From the NCBI GenBank assembly GCA_965372515.1, contig CBDVCO010000002.1, forward strand, positions 1 to 57,625: a DNA stretch of 57,625 nt. The letters are read 5' to 3'. Below, piece by piece: positions 37,528 to 45,606 of this stretch (positions are counted from its first letter, which is position 1; every line of letters starts with the position of its first letter). A model generated the notes under the pieces. The model was not told the origin of the DNA and made no database searches. It saw only the letters and a program-made list of their open reading frames with translations. Source of the DNA: an uncultured bacterium (lineage in GTDB: Bacteria > Desulfobacterota > GWC2-55-46 > JAJCZF01). The position numbers were made by a program, and so were the translations under genes.

Positions 37528-38343
37528 ATGATCTTGAAAACTCTCTTTGCCCTGGCCTTGCTTTTAACGCTCGCCTTAATTAACCCGGCGACACGCAGCG
37601 CAGAGGCCTTTACCGGAGAGGCCTGCGGCTCGGACTGCACAAGCTGCCACAAACTTGATAAGGCTGAAGCCAATGTACTTCTCCAGACCGACAAGTTCAA
37701 GGCCACTGTAAAAGATATTCGCGTGAGCGCCGTTAAGGGGCTCTGGGAGGTAGAGCTTGAGACACAAAACGGTAAAACCGCTATTGTCTATATAGATTTC
37801 GCCAAGCAGTACCTTGTCGAAGGGCGCTTTACCGAGTTATCGAGAATTGGGGAACCACCGGAATTAAAGACGGTGGATGTTGCCTCAATCCCATTAGACG
37901 ACGCGATAATCATGGGTAACCCCAAGGCAAAGAAGAAGATAATCGTATTCGACGACCCGGACTGCCCATTCTGCAGGAAGCTACACGTAGAGATAAAAAA
38001 GATGCTTAAAAGAAGAACGGATATAGCGGTCTACATCAAACAATATCCACTTCCAATGCACCCGAAGGCCTATGATAAAAGCAAGGCCCTTGTATGCGAC
38101 AAGAGCGTGAAGCTTCTCGATGATGTCTTTAGCGGCAAGGAAATAGCTGACCCGACCTGCGAGACCGATGTAGTCGATAATAATATTGAGCTTGCCAGAA
38201 AACTCGGCATAGGAGGTACGCCCGCGATAATATTCCCGGACGGCAGGCTCTTACCCGGCTTTGTAAACGCGGATGTCCTGGAACAATTAATCGACAAAGA
38301 GGATATGGAGCCAGCGGGGAGAGTCGAACTCCCGACCAACTGA
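37528..38343 (+). CDS. Periplasmic thiol:disulfide isomerase, DsbC/DsbG family, with an extra N-terminal CxxxCxxCH motif
   Basis: Signal peptide MILKTLFALALLLTLALINPATRSAEA. A thioredoxin-fold CPFC active site is present. A second Cys pair (VCDKS...DPTCE) and GTPAIIFPDGRLLPGF parallel DsbC. CGSDCTSCH lies at residues 33-41. The last 38 nt overlap the antisense tRNA-Thr. Confidence 0.8.
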   Translation: MILKTLFALALLLTLALINPATRSAEAFTGEACGSDCTSCHKLDKAEANVLLQTDKFKATVKDIRVSAVKGLWEVELETQNGKTAIVYIDFAKQYLVEGRFTELSRIGEPPELKTVDVASIPLDDAIIMGNPKAKKKIIVFDDPDCPFCRKLHVEIKKMLKRRTDIAVYIKQYPLPMHPKAYDKSKALVCDKSVKLLDDVFSGKEIADPTCETDVVDNNIELARKLGIGGTPAIIFPDGRLLPGFVNADVLEQLIDKEDMEPAGRVELPTN

Positions 38344-38380
38344 TTACGAATCAGTTGCTCTACCACTGAGCTACGCTGGC
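38306..38380 (-). tRNA. tRNA-Thr (anticodon CGT)
   Basis: Acceptor stem GCCAGCG/CGCTGGC, anticodon stem ACTGA/TCAGT with loop TTCGTAA, and a GGGAGTTCGACTCTCCC T-arm. CCA is encoded. Confidence 0.95.
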
Positions 38381-38485
38381 CCTGAATCCAAAATGTTAAG
38401 CCAAAGAAACATCTTTGTCAAGGAGATAGCCGCGGTTTTATGGCACAAGAAACTACATTAAGTTTTATCGGAAAGGCCTACGGCA

Positions 38486-39532
38486 ATGACAGAGAGTGCC
38501 AGGATAGACGATAATAAGGCCGTTGAGAATATACTGGCTATAACGACGGCTGTATCCTCAAGCCTTGAGATCTCGGAGATATTCACCATTATCGTCAAAA
38601 AGGTGGCCGAGGCGATGGGTGCGATCGACTGTTCTATCGTTATGATGGAAAAAGACGGTTGTGGGGGGACCGTACTGGAATCTTTCAAAGAACTTCCGAC
38701 AAAGAACCTGAAACTCGATATAGAGAAATATCCCGAGATAAAAAAAGTCCTTGAGACAAGAAAGCCGCTCGCAATAACCAATATATCCGACCACCCTCTC
38801 ATGCTCGACGTTCAAAGCTCGGTAAAAGAACTCTCCGAGATCAGCGCTCTGATCATACCGATTGTATTCGACGACCCGGATCTCGGGACAATATTTCTCA
38901 GGGTAAAGAGAGACGGAAAACCATTTAGCGAAAATGAGGTAAACCTCTGCCGCCTCGTGGCCGAGGCCTCGTTCTTCTCCCTGAAGAACGCAAACCTCTT
39001 CGAGACGATAAATAGAGAGAAGGAGAAGCTCAAGGAGATCTCCATATCAGACCCGCTCACCGGGATATATAACCATAATTACTTCTACAAGAGGCTTGAA
39101 GAGGAGTTCGGCAGGGCGTCGCGCTACGGAATGCCGCTCTCGGTGGTGATGATGGATGTCGACAATTTCAAGGAGATAAACGACACATTCGGGCACAGGA
39201 TCGGTGACAAGGTCTTGAAGAAGATATCCAATCTCCTGAAAAGGAGTGTAAGAGCATCCGACCTTATCGCGCGCTACGGAGGCGAAGAGTTCGCTGAGAT
39301 CCTCACCTATACCCAGAAAAACGGCGCCGCGGAAGAGGCCGAAAGGCTTCGGGCTCTCGTAAGCGAGCTTTCATTTGAAGAAGAGAATATAGACCTGAAG
39401 GTCACATTGAGCCTCGGGGTGGCGGAATATAACCCCGACAACATATCCAACTCGGGCGAGCTTGTAAACCGGGCCGACAAGGCCCTATACAAGGCAAAGA
39501 ACGCCGGAAAGAACTGCGTCAAAGTAGACTGA
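38486..39532 (+). CDS. GAF-domain diguanylate cyclase (GGDEF)
   Basis: An N-terminal GAF-like sensor is followed by DPLTGIYNHNYF and an active-site RYGGEEF. An RASD I-site lies 5 residues upstream of GGEEF. Confidence 0.9.
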   Translation: MTESARIDDNKAVENILAITTAVSSSLEISEIFTIIVKKVAEAMGAIDCSIVMMEKDGCGGTVLESFKELPTKNLKLDIEKYPEIKKVLETRKPLAITNISDHPLMLDVQSSVKELSEISALIIPIVFDDPDLGTIFLRVKRDGKPFSENEVNLCRLVAEASFFSLKNANLFETINREKEKLKEISISDPLTGIYNHNYFYKRLEEEFGRASRYGMPLSVVMMDVDNFKEINDTFGHRIGDKVLKKISNLLKRSVRASDLIARYGGEEFAEILTYTQKNGAAEEAERLRALVSELSFEEENIDLKVTLSLGVAEYNPDNISNSGELVNRADKALYKAKNAGKNCVKVD

Positions 39533-39553
39533 CCGCCCTCCCCACTTCCATTA

Positions 39554-40834
39554 TTACAATCCAACGCTGCTCGTCACCTTTATCGCGCACAGGCTCCCGC
39601 ACATGGTGCATACGTCGGAGTCCCCGGGTGCGCTTGAGTCCCTTAGCATCCCTGACCTTTCGGGATCGATAGAGAGCCTGATCTGTTCATCCCAATCCAG
39701 GGCCTTTCTAGCCGTTGCCATCTCTATATCGGCCGCCATACCCCTGCCGGTCTGCTTTACGATATCGCCCGCGTGGGCCGCTATGCGCGAAGCCATGACA
39801 CCCTCTTTTACATCTTCGAGAGTAGGGAGCCTCAGGTGTTCGCTCGGGGTGACATAGCAGAGAAAATCCGCGCCTTCGCTTGCGGCAATGGCCCCGCCTA
39901 TGGCGCTCGTTATGTGGTCGTAACCGGGGGCAATGTCTGTAACGAGCGGACCGAGCACATAGAACGGCGCGCCGTTACAGAGCCTCTTCTGGAGCATTAT
40001 ATTTCCAGCGATCTGATCCAGAGGCATATGGCCCGGCCCCTCTACCATCACCTGCACGCCCTCGTCGGTCGCCCTTTTTGTAAGCTCACCGAGTATCACG
40101 AGCTCTTCGATCTGGCCCCTGTCGGTCGCGTCCTTCAAACACCCGGGCCTAAGCCCATCGCCCAGGCTAAGGACCATATCATATTTCTTCGCGATCTTAA
40201 CAAGGCGGTCGTACTCTTCATAGAGCGGGTTCTCAGCCTTATTATAGTCCATCCATTCGGCGGTCAGCGCTCCTCCTCGGCTGACTATACCCATTATACG
40301 CCCCTCGCGTCTTATGCGCTCTACACTCCTCCTGGTAACGCCGCAGTGGACCGTTATAAAGTCCACGCCCTCTGCGGCCTGCATCTCTATGACCTCGAAT
40401 ATATCGTCCGGCGTGAGCTCTACAAAGCTCTTACCCTTGTCCCTTGCCTCCATCGCGGCCTGATATATGGGCACGGTGCCGATTGGAACGCTCGACTGTG
40501 CGAGTATTGCCTTCCTGATGGCATTTACGTCGCCGCCCGTTGAGAGGTCCATCACCGCGTCGACCCCTGCTTCAATCGCGGCGTGTAGCTTTGCGAGCTC
40601 ATCGGCCGGGTCGATAACATCCTGCGACGAACCTATATTGGCGTTGGTCTTGGTCCTTAGCCCCTTGCCTACGCCCAGAGGTTCGATATTCGTACGCCGG
40701 GTGTTCTTTGTAATGACTACCGTTCCGTCGGCTATGGCCTTGGTGAGGCACCTGGCATCGACCCCTTCACGCTCGGCCACCTCCCGAAACTCTTCGGTTA
40801 TATTGCCCGCACGGGCCGCTTCAATTCTGGTCAT
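39554..40834 (-). CDS. thiC: Phosphomethylpyrimidine synthase (short-form ThiC)
   Basis: 426 aa. The sequence is strongly ThiC-like throughout, with a C-terminal CTMCGSLCA cluster motif. Confidence 0.97.
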   Translation of the reverse strand: MTRIEAARAGNITEEFREVAEREGVDARCLTKAIADGTVVITKNTRRTNIEPLGVGKGLRTKTNANIGSSQDVIDPADELAKLHAAIEAGVDAVMDLSTGGDVNAIRKAILAQSSVPIGTVPIYQAAMEARDKGKSFVELTPDDIFEVIEMQAAEGVDFITVHCGVTRRSVERIRREGRIMGIVSRGGALTAEWMDYNKAENPLYEEYDRLVKIAKKYDMVLSLGDGLRPGCLKDATDRGQIEELVILGELTKRATDEGVQVMVEGPGHMPLDQIAGNIMLQKRLCNGAPFYVLGPLVTDIAPGYDHITSAIGGAIAASEGADFLCYVTPSEHLRLPTLEDVKEGVMASRIAAHAGDIVKQTGRGMAADIEMATARKALDWDEQIRLSIDPERSGMLRDSSAPGDSDVCTMCGSLCAIKVTSSVGL

Positions 40835-40846
40835 GGCTCTCTCCTT

Positions 40847-41500
40847 TTATTTACGTAACTCTTTAATGATCCGCGCTGTACTCTCCTCTATATCCGGCGC
40901 TCCAAGTATAGCCGAGATCATCGCCGCGCCATGAGCGCCGTGGGCCCTCACCTCACCGGCCCTCTCCTTATTTATACCGCCTATGGCGAATATTGGTATC
41001 TTTATGCTCCGGCTGACCCGGGTGAGCCTCTCAACTCCTACCGGCTCTCCGTAACGGGCCTTACTTGGTGTCTGAAAGACCGGCCCGAATGTTATAAAAT
41101 CAGCGCCTTCTCTCTCGGCGTCTTTTGCCTCCTCCAAACTATGAGTCGATACGCCGATAAGTAATTCCTCTTCTCTGGTGCCCAATAGCCCCCTCACATC
41201 TTTAACATCAAAGCCGTTTGAGGGGAGATGCACTCCGTCCGCGCCTGAGATAATGGCGACATCCACGCGGTCGTTTATAAAGAGCTTTGCCTTATAGCGT
41301 GAGGTAAGCTCCCTTAGCGCAAAAGCGACCTCCAGGAGTCTCTTGCCGCCAAGCCCCTTCTCTCTTAACTGAACAGCCTTTACGCCACCGGCAAGGGCCT
41401 CTTCAATACTCTTTAGAAACTTGCCCGTTTCACTTGTACCTGAAAGCCCACCCTCTGTAATTAGATAGAGATCAAAGCCCAGGCTCGCGTCCTTGTTCAT
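40847..41500 (-). CDS. thiE: Thiamine-phosphate synthase
   Basis: LYLIT..., VQLREK, INDRVD and AIGGI motifs are present. The start overlaps the lgt stop (ATGA). Confidence 0.95.
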   Translation of the reverse strand: MNKDASLGFDLYLITEGGLSGTSETGKFLKSIEEALAGGVKAVQLREKGLGGKRLLEVAFALRELTSRYKAKLFINDRVDVAIISGADGVHLPSNGFDVKDVRGLLGTREEELLIGVSTHSLEEAKDAEREGADFITFGPVFQTPSKARYGEPVGVERLTRVSRSIKIPIFAIGGINKERAGEVRAHGAHGAAMISAILGAPDIEESTARIIKELRK

Positions 41501-42279
41501 GACACTTCAACCGGGGCTTTCCAGAGCCTCGCCTTCCAAATCATAAAACCCGCGACACCGATCATTACTGCGCTGATCAGTTGAGCGGTCTTCATAGGAC
41601 CAAGCATCAGACTATCGGCCCTGAAAAATTCGACAAAGAACCTGCCCAAAGAATAGAGGACTATATATAGCGCGAACACAAATCCGTCTTTGGTCTCCCG
41701 CTTTCTCACCTTGAACCACAAAAAGCTGAATATGGCGAAATTCAAGGCCATCTCATAGAGCATTGCCGGGTGGAGCGGTATGCCCGGGAACTCCATTCCG
41801 GCAGGGCTAGCGAACGGAAAGACCACGCCCCACGCCATATCCGTCGGCAGACCAAAGGCGTCGCCGTTCATAAAATTACCGAAACGTCCTAGTGTCTGCC
41901 CCATTATAAGCACTGGCGCACTGGCGTCGGCCGCCTTCCAAAAAGGGACAGCGCGCCTCTTAAGGTATATCCATCCGCCGATGATACCGCCGATGATGCC
42001 GCCGTGGATAGCGAGCCCGCCGTGCCATATGGCGACTATCTCAGCAGGACTAGCGAGAAAATAGTCGAGCTTAAAAATAACGTAATAGCATCTAGCCCCA
42101 ATGACCCCGCTTATGACCACCCACATGAGAAAGCTCGTCACCTCGTCATCCGCGAGCGCGATCGCTTTCCTCCTCACCTCGCTCTTCAAGAGAAAGGTCC
42201 CGATAATTATGGCCAGCACATACATAAGGCCGTAGAAACGGAGCTGAATAAATCCGTATTCAAAGAGTACCGGGTGCAA
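41497..42279 (-). CDS. lgt: Phosphatidylglycerol--prolipoprotein diacylglyceryl transferase
   Basis: RFYGLMYVLAI, HGGLAIHGG and GRFGNFMNGDAFG match the Lgt signature. The TTG start is preceded by AGGAGA. Confidence 0.95.
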   Translation of the reverse strand: MHPVLFEYGFIQLRFYGLMYVLAIIIGTFLLKSEVRRKAIALADDEVTSFLMWVVISGVIGARCYYVIFKLDYFLASPAEIVAIWHGGLAIHGGIIGGIIGGWIYLKRRAVPFWKAADASAPVLIMGQTLGRFGNFMNGDAFGLPTDMAWGVVFPFASPAGMEFPGIPLHPAMLYEMALNFAIFSFLWFKVRKRETKDGFVFALYIVLYSLGRFFVEFFRADSLMLGPMKTAQLISAVMIGVAGFMIWKARLWKAPVEVS

Positions 42280-42333
42280 GGTTCATCTCCTACTCAAAGA
42301 GTTCAAAGAGCCTGAGTGTCGCTTGACTCGACA

Positions 42334-43104
42334 CTATTCTATCAAACCTTCAATAGGGCTTGAGGCCGTGGCGTAGAGCTTCTTCGGTATCCTGCCGGAT
42401 TTATAAGCGAGCCTTCCGGCCTCTACGGCGAGCTTCATGGCCCTTGCCATTGCCACGGGCTCTTTAGCCCCGGCAATGGCCGTATTCATAAGAACACCGT
42501 CACAGCCGAGTTCCATGGCCCTTGCGGCGTCGGAGGCCGTGCCGACTCCCGCGTCAACGATCACAGGCACTTTAACCGTCTCAAGTATTATCTTTATATT
42601 AAAAGGGTTCCTGATCCCCAACCCAGAACCGATAGGGGCGGCGAGCGGCATGACCGCGGCGCACCCTATATCTTCGAGTTTCCTTGCCATGATAGGATCG
42701 TCAAGCGTATAGGGAAGAACTGTAAAACCCTCCCCTACGAGTTTTTTCGCCGCGACAAGCGTTGCCTCGTTATCCGGGAAGAGAGTCTTCTCGTCGCCAA
42801 TGACCTCAAGCTTTACGATATCGGTCTCGAGCGCTTCTCTCGCGAGCATAGCCGTCCTCACGGCGTCGTCTGCCGTAAAGCACGCGGCGGTATTCGGCAA
42901 GAGCGTATACCTTTCCCTGTCGATATGATCGAGCATCGATTCCTTTGTCCTGTCGAGATTCACCCTCCTTACGGCCACAGTGACGACCTCGGCGCCGGAG
43001 GCGTCGAGCGCCAGCTTCATCTCCTCATTGTCCTTGTACTTGCCGGTGCCTACCATCAGACGCGAGGTAAACTCATATTTCCCGACCTTAAAAGTATCCG
43101 CCAT
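42334..43104 (-). CDS. thiG: Thiazole synthase
   Basis: [10 protein letters not shown]..., [20 protein letters not shown], 256 aa. Confidence 0.97.
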   Translation of the reverse strand: MADTFKVGKYEFTSRLMVGTGKYKDNEEMKLALDASGAEVVTVAVRRVNLDRTKESMLDHIDRERYTLLPNTAACFTADDAVRTAMLAREALETDIVKLEVIGDEKTLFPDNEATLVAAKKLVGEGFTVLPYTLDDPIMARKLEDIGCAAVMPLAAPIGSGLGIRNPFNIKIILETVKVPVIVDAGVGTASDAARAMELGCDGVLMNTAIAGAKEPVAMARAMKLAVEAGRLAYKSGRIPKKLYATASSPIEGLIE

Positions 43105-43142
43105 AATATATATCCTCCTCCCGATTTATCATTTAGAAGAAC

Positions 43143-43343
43143 TCAACCGCCGCCGAACATGGTAATGATCTCGATTACATCGCCGTCAATTAGCGCGACC
43201 TCGCTGTGGCGGCTCCTTGGAACCACCTCCCTGTTCAGCTCGACAGCCGTACCCTTTGTCTCTATTTGAAGCTTTGCCAAAAGCGCCTCGATCGTAAGAG
43301 GCTCCTCGAAGAGCCTCTCTTCTCCGTTAATACGTAACTTCAT
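43143..43343 (-). CDS. thiS: Sulfur-carrier protein ThiS
   Basis: 66 aa with a ubiquitin-like size and a C-terminal GG (here GGG). It lies between thiH and thiG. Confidence 0.9.
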   Translation of the reverse strand: MKLRINGEERLFEEPLTIEALLAKLQIETKGTAVELNREVVPRSRHSEVALIDGDVIEIITMFGGG

Positions 43344-43361
43344 AAATAGATACCTGGAAAA

Positions 43362-44735
43362 TTAAAAGAAACGATCTCTCTTTCCCTCTTCAAGCTCCTT
43401 TAACTTCTCAAAAATACGCTCCTTTAAGAGCGGGTCTTCGACCCTGGAAAGAGCGTCGGTTATAGAGGCTTCAAAGAGGGCCTCGTTTCCGTTCGCCTTC
43501 TGGTCAAGGACAAATTCCTTCAGGGTCAATATGGCGTTCGCCTCGCAGAACTTCTCCATCTCCCCCGATGTTGTCGTCTCTGTAAAGCTCTCGCCGACCC
43601 TCCCCACGCGGTAGCAGGTGGTACAGAGGCTCGGCATGCCGCCCGCTTTTGCAATAGAGGCCATTACCTCCTCAAGGCTGCGGCGGTCACTTGTACTGAA
43701 CTGCTCAAGCGCGGCACCCTTCTCGGCCCCGTACCCCCCGGGGGCGGTCGAACTCGACGCGCTAAGCTGTGAGGCCCCGGCCTCTATAAGCCTCGCTCTA
43801 AGCCCCTCAGACTCGCGGGTGGTCACCACGACCCCGGCCGTTGGAACGGCAAGCCTGTATACGCTGACGACTCGCTCCATCTCCTTGTCACTAACCGGCC
43901 AGGCGCTTTCCCTTATGGTCGAACCCTCGGCCGGTCTGAGCCTCGGCACCGATATGGTATGCGCGTGTGTTCTATATTTCTCAAAGAGGTGCTTTGAATG
44001 CGAAATAACAGCAAGTGTATCGAACCTGTAGTCGTAGAGCCCGAGCAATGCGCCTATGCCGACGTCGTTAAAACCGGCCTCAAGGGCATTGTCCATTACA
44101 GCGAGCCTTTTGTCGTAATCTCTCTTCGCGCCGCCCGGGTGGACTCGCTCGTAAGTCTCCCTGTGATAGGTCTCCTGAAAAGACTGGTAGAGCCCTGCGC
44201 CTGAGGCCTTTAAAAGACCGAACTCCTCTACGCTCATCGGCGGGGCGTTTACGTGGACTATCCTCATATTGGTATGCTTGTAGATGGCCGCTATGACCTC
44301 GACGATATAATCAAGGCCGCGCTCGGGGTCTTCGCCAAGGACCAGAAGGGCCCTCTTAAAACCTTTCGCCTCGAGAATAGCCGCCTCTTTTACGGCCTCA
44401 TCCGGGCTTAGGGCCCTCCTCTGGACCCCCTTGTTGGCGCTCCTGAAGCCGCAGTATAGACAGCCGTTTACGCAGTAGTTCGTGAGATAGAGCGGGGCGA
44501 AGAGCACAACGCGCGAACCGAAGACCTTGTGCTTAACCAGCGCCGCGCATTTAGTTATAAGGCTATCGAGCTCTGCCCCTTCGGCCTTTAAGAGCAGTGC
44601 GGCCTCGCTAATATCAAGGCCGCGAAGCTCAAGCGCCTTACTGAGTATTTCCTCTACGACTCCCTTTGAAGGAGCGCTGGTATCATTAAGAAGTGATTCA
44701 ATTTTTTTAGTCTCTACTATCATAGGTAGGTCCAT
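43362..44735 (-). CDS. thiH: 2-iminoacetate synthase (radical SAM tyrosine lyase) ThiH
   Basis: A CVNGCLYCGF radical SAM motif is present, in the context thiH-thiS-thiG behind a TPP riboswitch. The start is uncertain: ATG 44735 is used, ATG 44723 is possible, and the ORF-track TTG 44753 lies inside the attenuator U-tract. The protein is longer than E. coli ThiH, so a HydG/ThiH-like paralog is not fully excluded. Confidence 0.8.
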   Translation of the reverse strand: MDLPMIVETKKIESLLNDTSAPSKGVVEEILSKALELRGLDISEAALLLKAEGAELDSLITKCAALVKHKVFGSRVVLFAPLYLTNYCVNGCLYCGFRSANKGVQRRALSPDEAVKEAAILEAKGFKRALLVLGEDPERGLDYIVEVIAAIYKHTNMRIVHVNAPPMSVEEFGLLKASGAGLYQSFQETYHRETYERVHPGGAKRDYDKRLAVMDNALEAGFNDVGIGALLGLYDYRFDTLAVISHSKHLFEKYRTHAHTISVPRLRPAEGSTIRESAWPVSDKEMERVVSVYRLAVPTAGVVVTTRESEGLRARLIEAGASQLSASSSTAPGGYGAEKGAALEQFSTSDRRSLEEVMASIAKAGGMPSLCTTCYRVGRVGESFTETTTSGEMEKFCEANAILTLKEFVLDQKANGNEALFEASITDALSRVEDPLLKERIFEKLKELEEGKRDRFF

Positions 44736-44744
44736 AAAGAAGGT

Positions 44745-44779
44745 GAAAAACAAAAACCCCGCCGGGAAAACCGGCGGGG
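44745..44779 (-). terminator. Intrinsic terminator forming the expression platform of the TPP riboswitch
   Basis: The minus-strand RNA reads ccccgccgg-uuuuc-ccggcgggg (perfect 9-bp GC stem, 44779..44757) followed by uuuuuguuuuu. Confidence 0.8.
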
Positions 44780-44824
44780 CGACTGAAAAAAGGGAGAAAA
44801 AACACGAAAGACAATCTCTTTTAG

Positions 44825-44915
44825 CCGCTTCCCTACGCTGGTATAATCCAGATCAGGTCGAAAGGGTCTTTCCTGTACAGAAACTCTCAGTCCCGAGAAG
44901 GGACTCCCCTAGCGA
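44825..44915 (-). promoter_or_regulatory. TPP (THI-box) riboswitch aptamer
   Basis: The minus strand reads CGCUAGGGGAGUCCCUUCUCGGGACUGAGAGUUUCUGUACAGGAAAGACCCUUUCGACCUGAUCUGGAUUAUACCAGCGUAGGGAAGCG. It contains the conserved CUGAGA and ACCUGAUCUGGAUuAUaCCAGCGUAGGGAA blocks and a CGCU/AGCG P1 stem. Confidence 0.9.
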
Positions 44916-45518
44916 TCACATAAGTTTGCTCGCGGAGATAATAGACTCCGCGACATCATACATCTTTTTATTCTCCTTTTGCGAATGCGACTGAAGAAGC
45001 TTGAAGGCGTCATCCTCGCTTATATTACATCTCTTCATAACTATGCCCTTGGCCTTCTCAATAACCTTCCTGGTCTCGATGGCGTCCTTTAAGTCGCTCA
45101 CCTCGCTCTTAAGGCTCTGGAACTGGCCGTAGCGCGCGAGCGCCAATTTAATAGCCGGCTCAAGGTGCTTCTTGGTAATCGGCTTTACAAGATAGGCGAA
45201 GACACCGGCCTCCACGGCCTTTTCCGCTATCTCATCACTCGACATACCCGTAACAAGTATTATGGGAACCGACAACTTTGCCGAGATCTTGGAGGCCGCC
45301 TCTATGCCGTCCATCTCCGGCATCTTTACGTCCATAATAATGAGCGCGGGCACCAGGGCGAAGGCCAATTCCACGGCCTCCTTGCCGTTGGCGGCGGCAC
45401 CCACAACGTCGTAACCCATCAGTTCAAGGTGCTGTTTAAGGCTCCTCCTCGTCTGGGTGTGGTCCTCGGCGATCAAAACGGTCTTTTTTACCGTTTCACT
45501 TTTCTTTGTCTTAGCCAT
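44916..45518 (-). CDS. Response regulator with receiver + ANTAR RNA-binding output domain
   Basis: REC domain features are VLIAEDH..., the phospho-acceptor context LIIMDVKMPEMDG, and a conserved K in LVKP. The C-terminal ANTAR segment is AIETRKVIEKAKGIVMKRCNISEDDAFKLLQSHSQKENKKMYDVAESI. Confidence 0.85.
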   Translation of the reverse strand: MAKTKKSETVKKTVLIAEDHTQTRRSLKQHLELMGYDVVGAAANGKEAVELAFALVPALIIMDVKMPEMDGIEAASKISAKLSVPIILVTGMSSDEIAEKAVEAGVFAYLVKPITKKHLEPAIKLALARYGQFQSLKSEVSDLKDAIETRKVIEKAKGIVMKRCNISEDDAFKLLQSHSQKENKKMYDVAESIISASKLM

Positions 45519-45606
45519 GATTACCCAATAGAATAACTAAATTCTATGGCTATGGTCAATCTTTTTCTGTCAAAAGGCCTATTAAATATATTCCCTTTTC
45601 TCCGCC

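Noticed and set aside
44754-44915. An ANTAR dual-hairpin target within the thi leader.
   Set aside because: Only the TPP aptamer helices and one long GC terminator are visible. There is no pair of short stems with A..G hexaloops.
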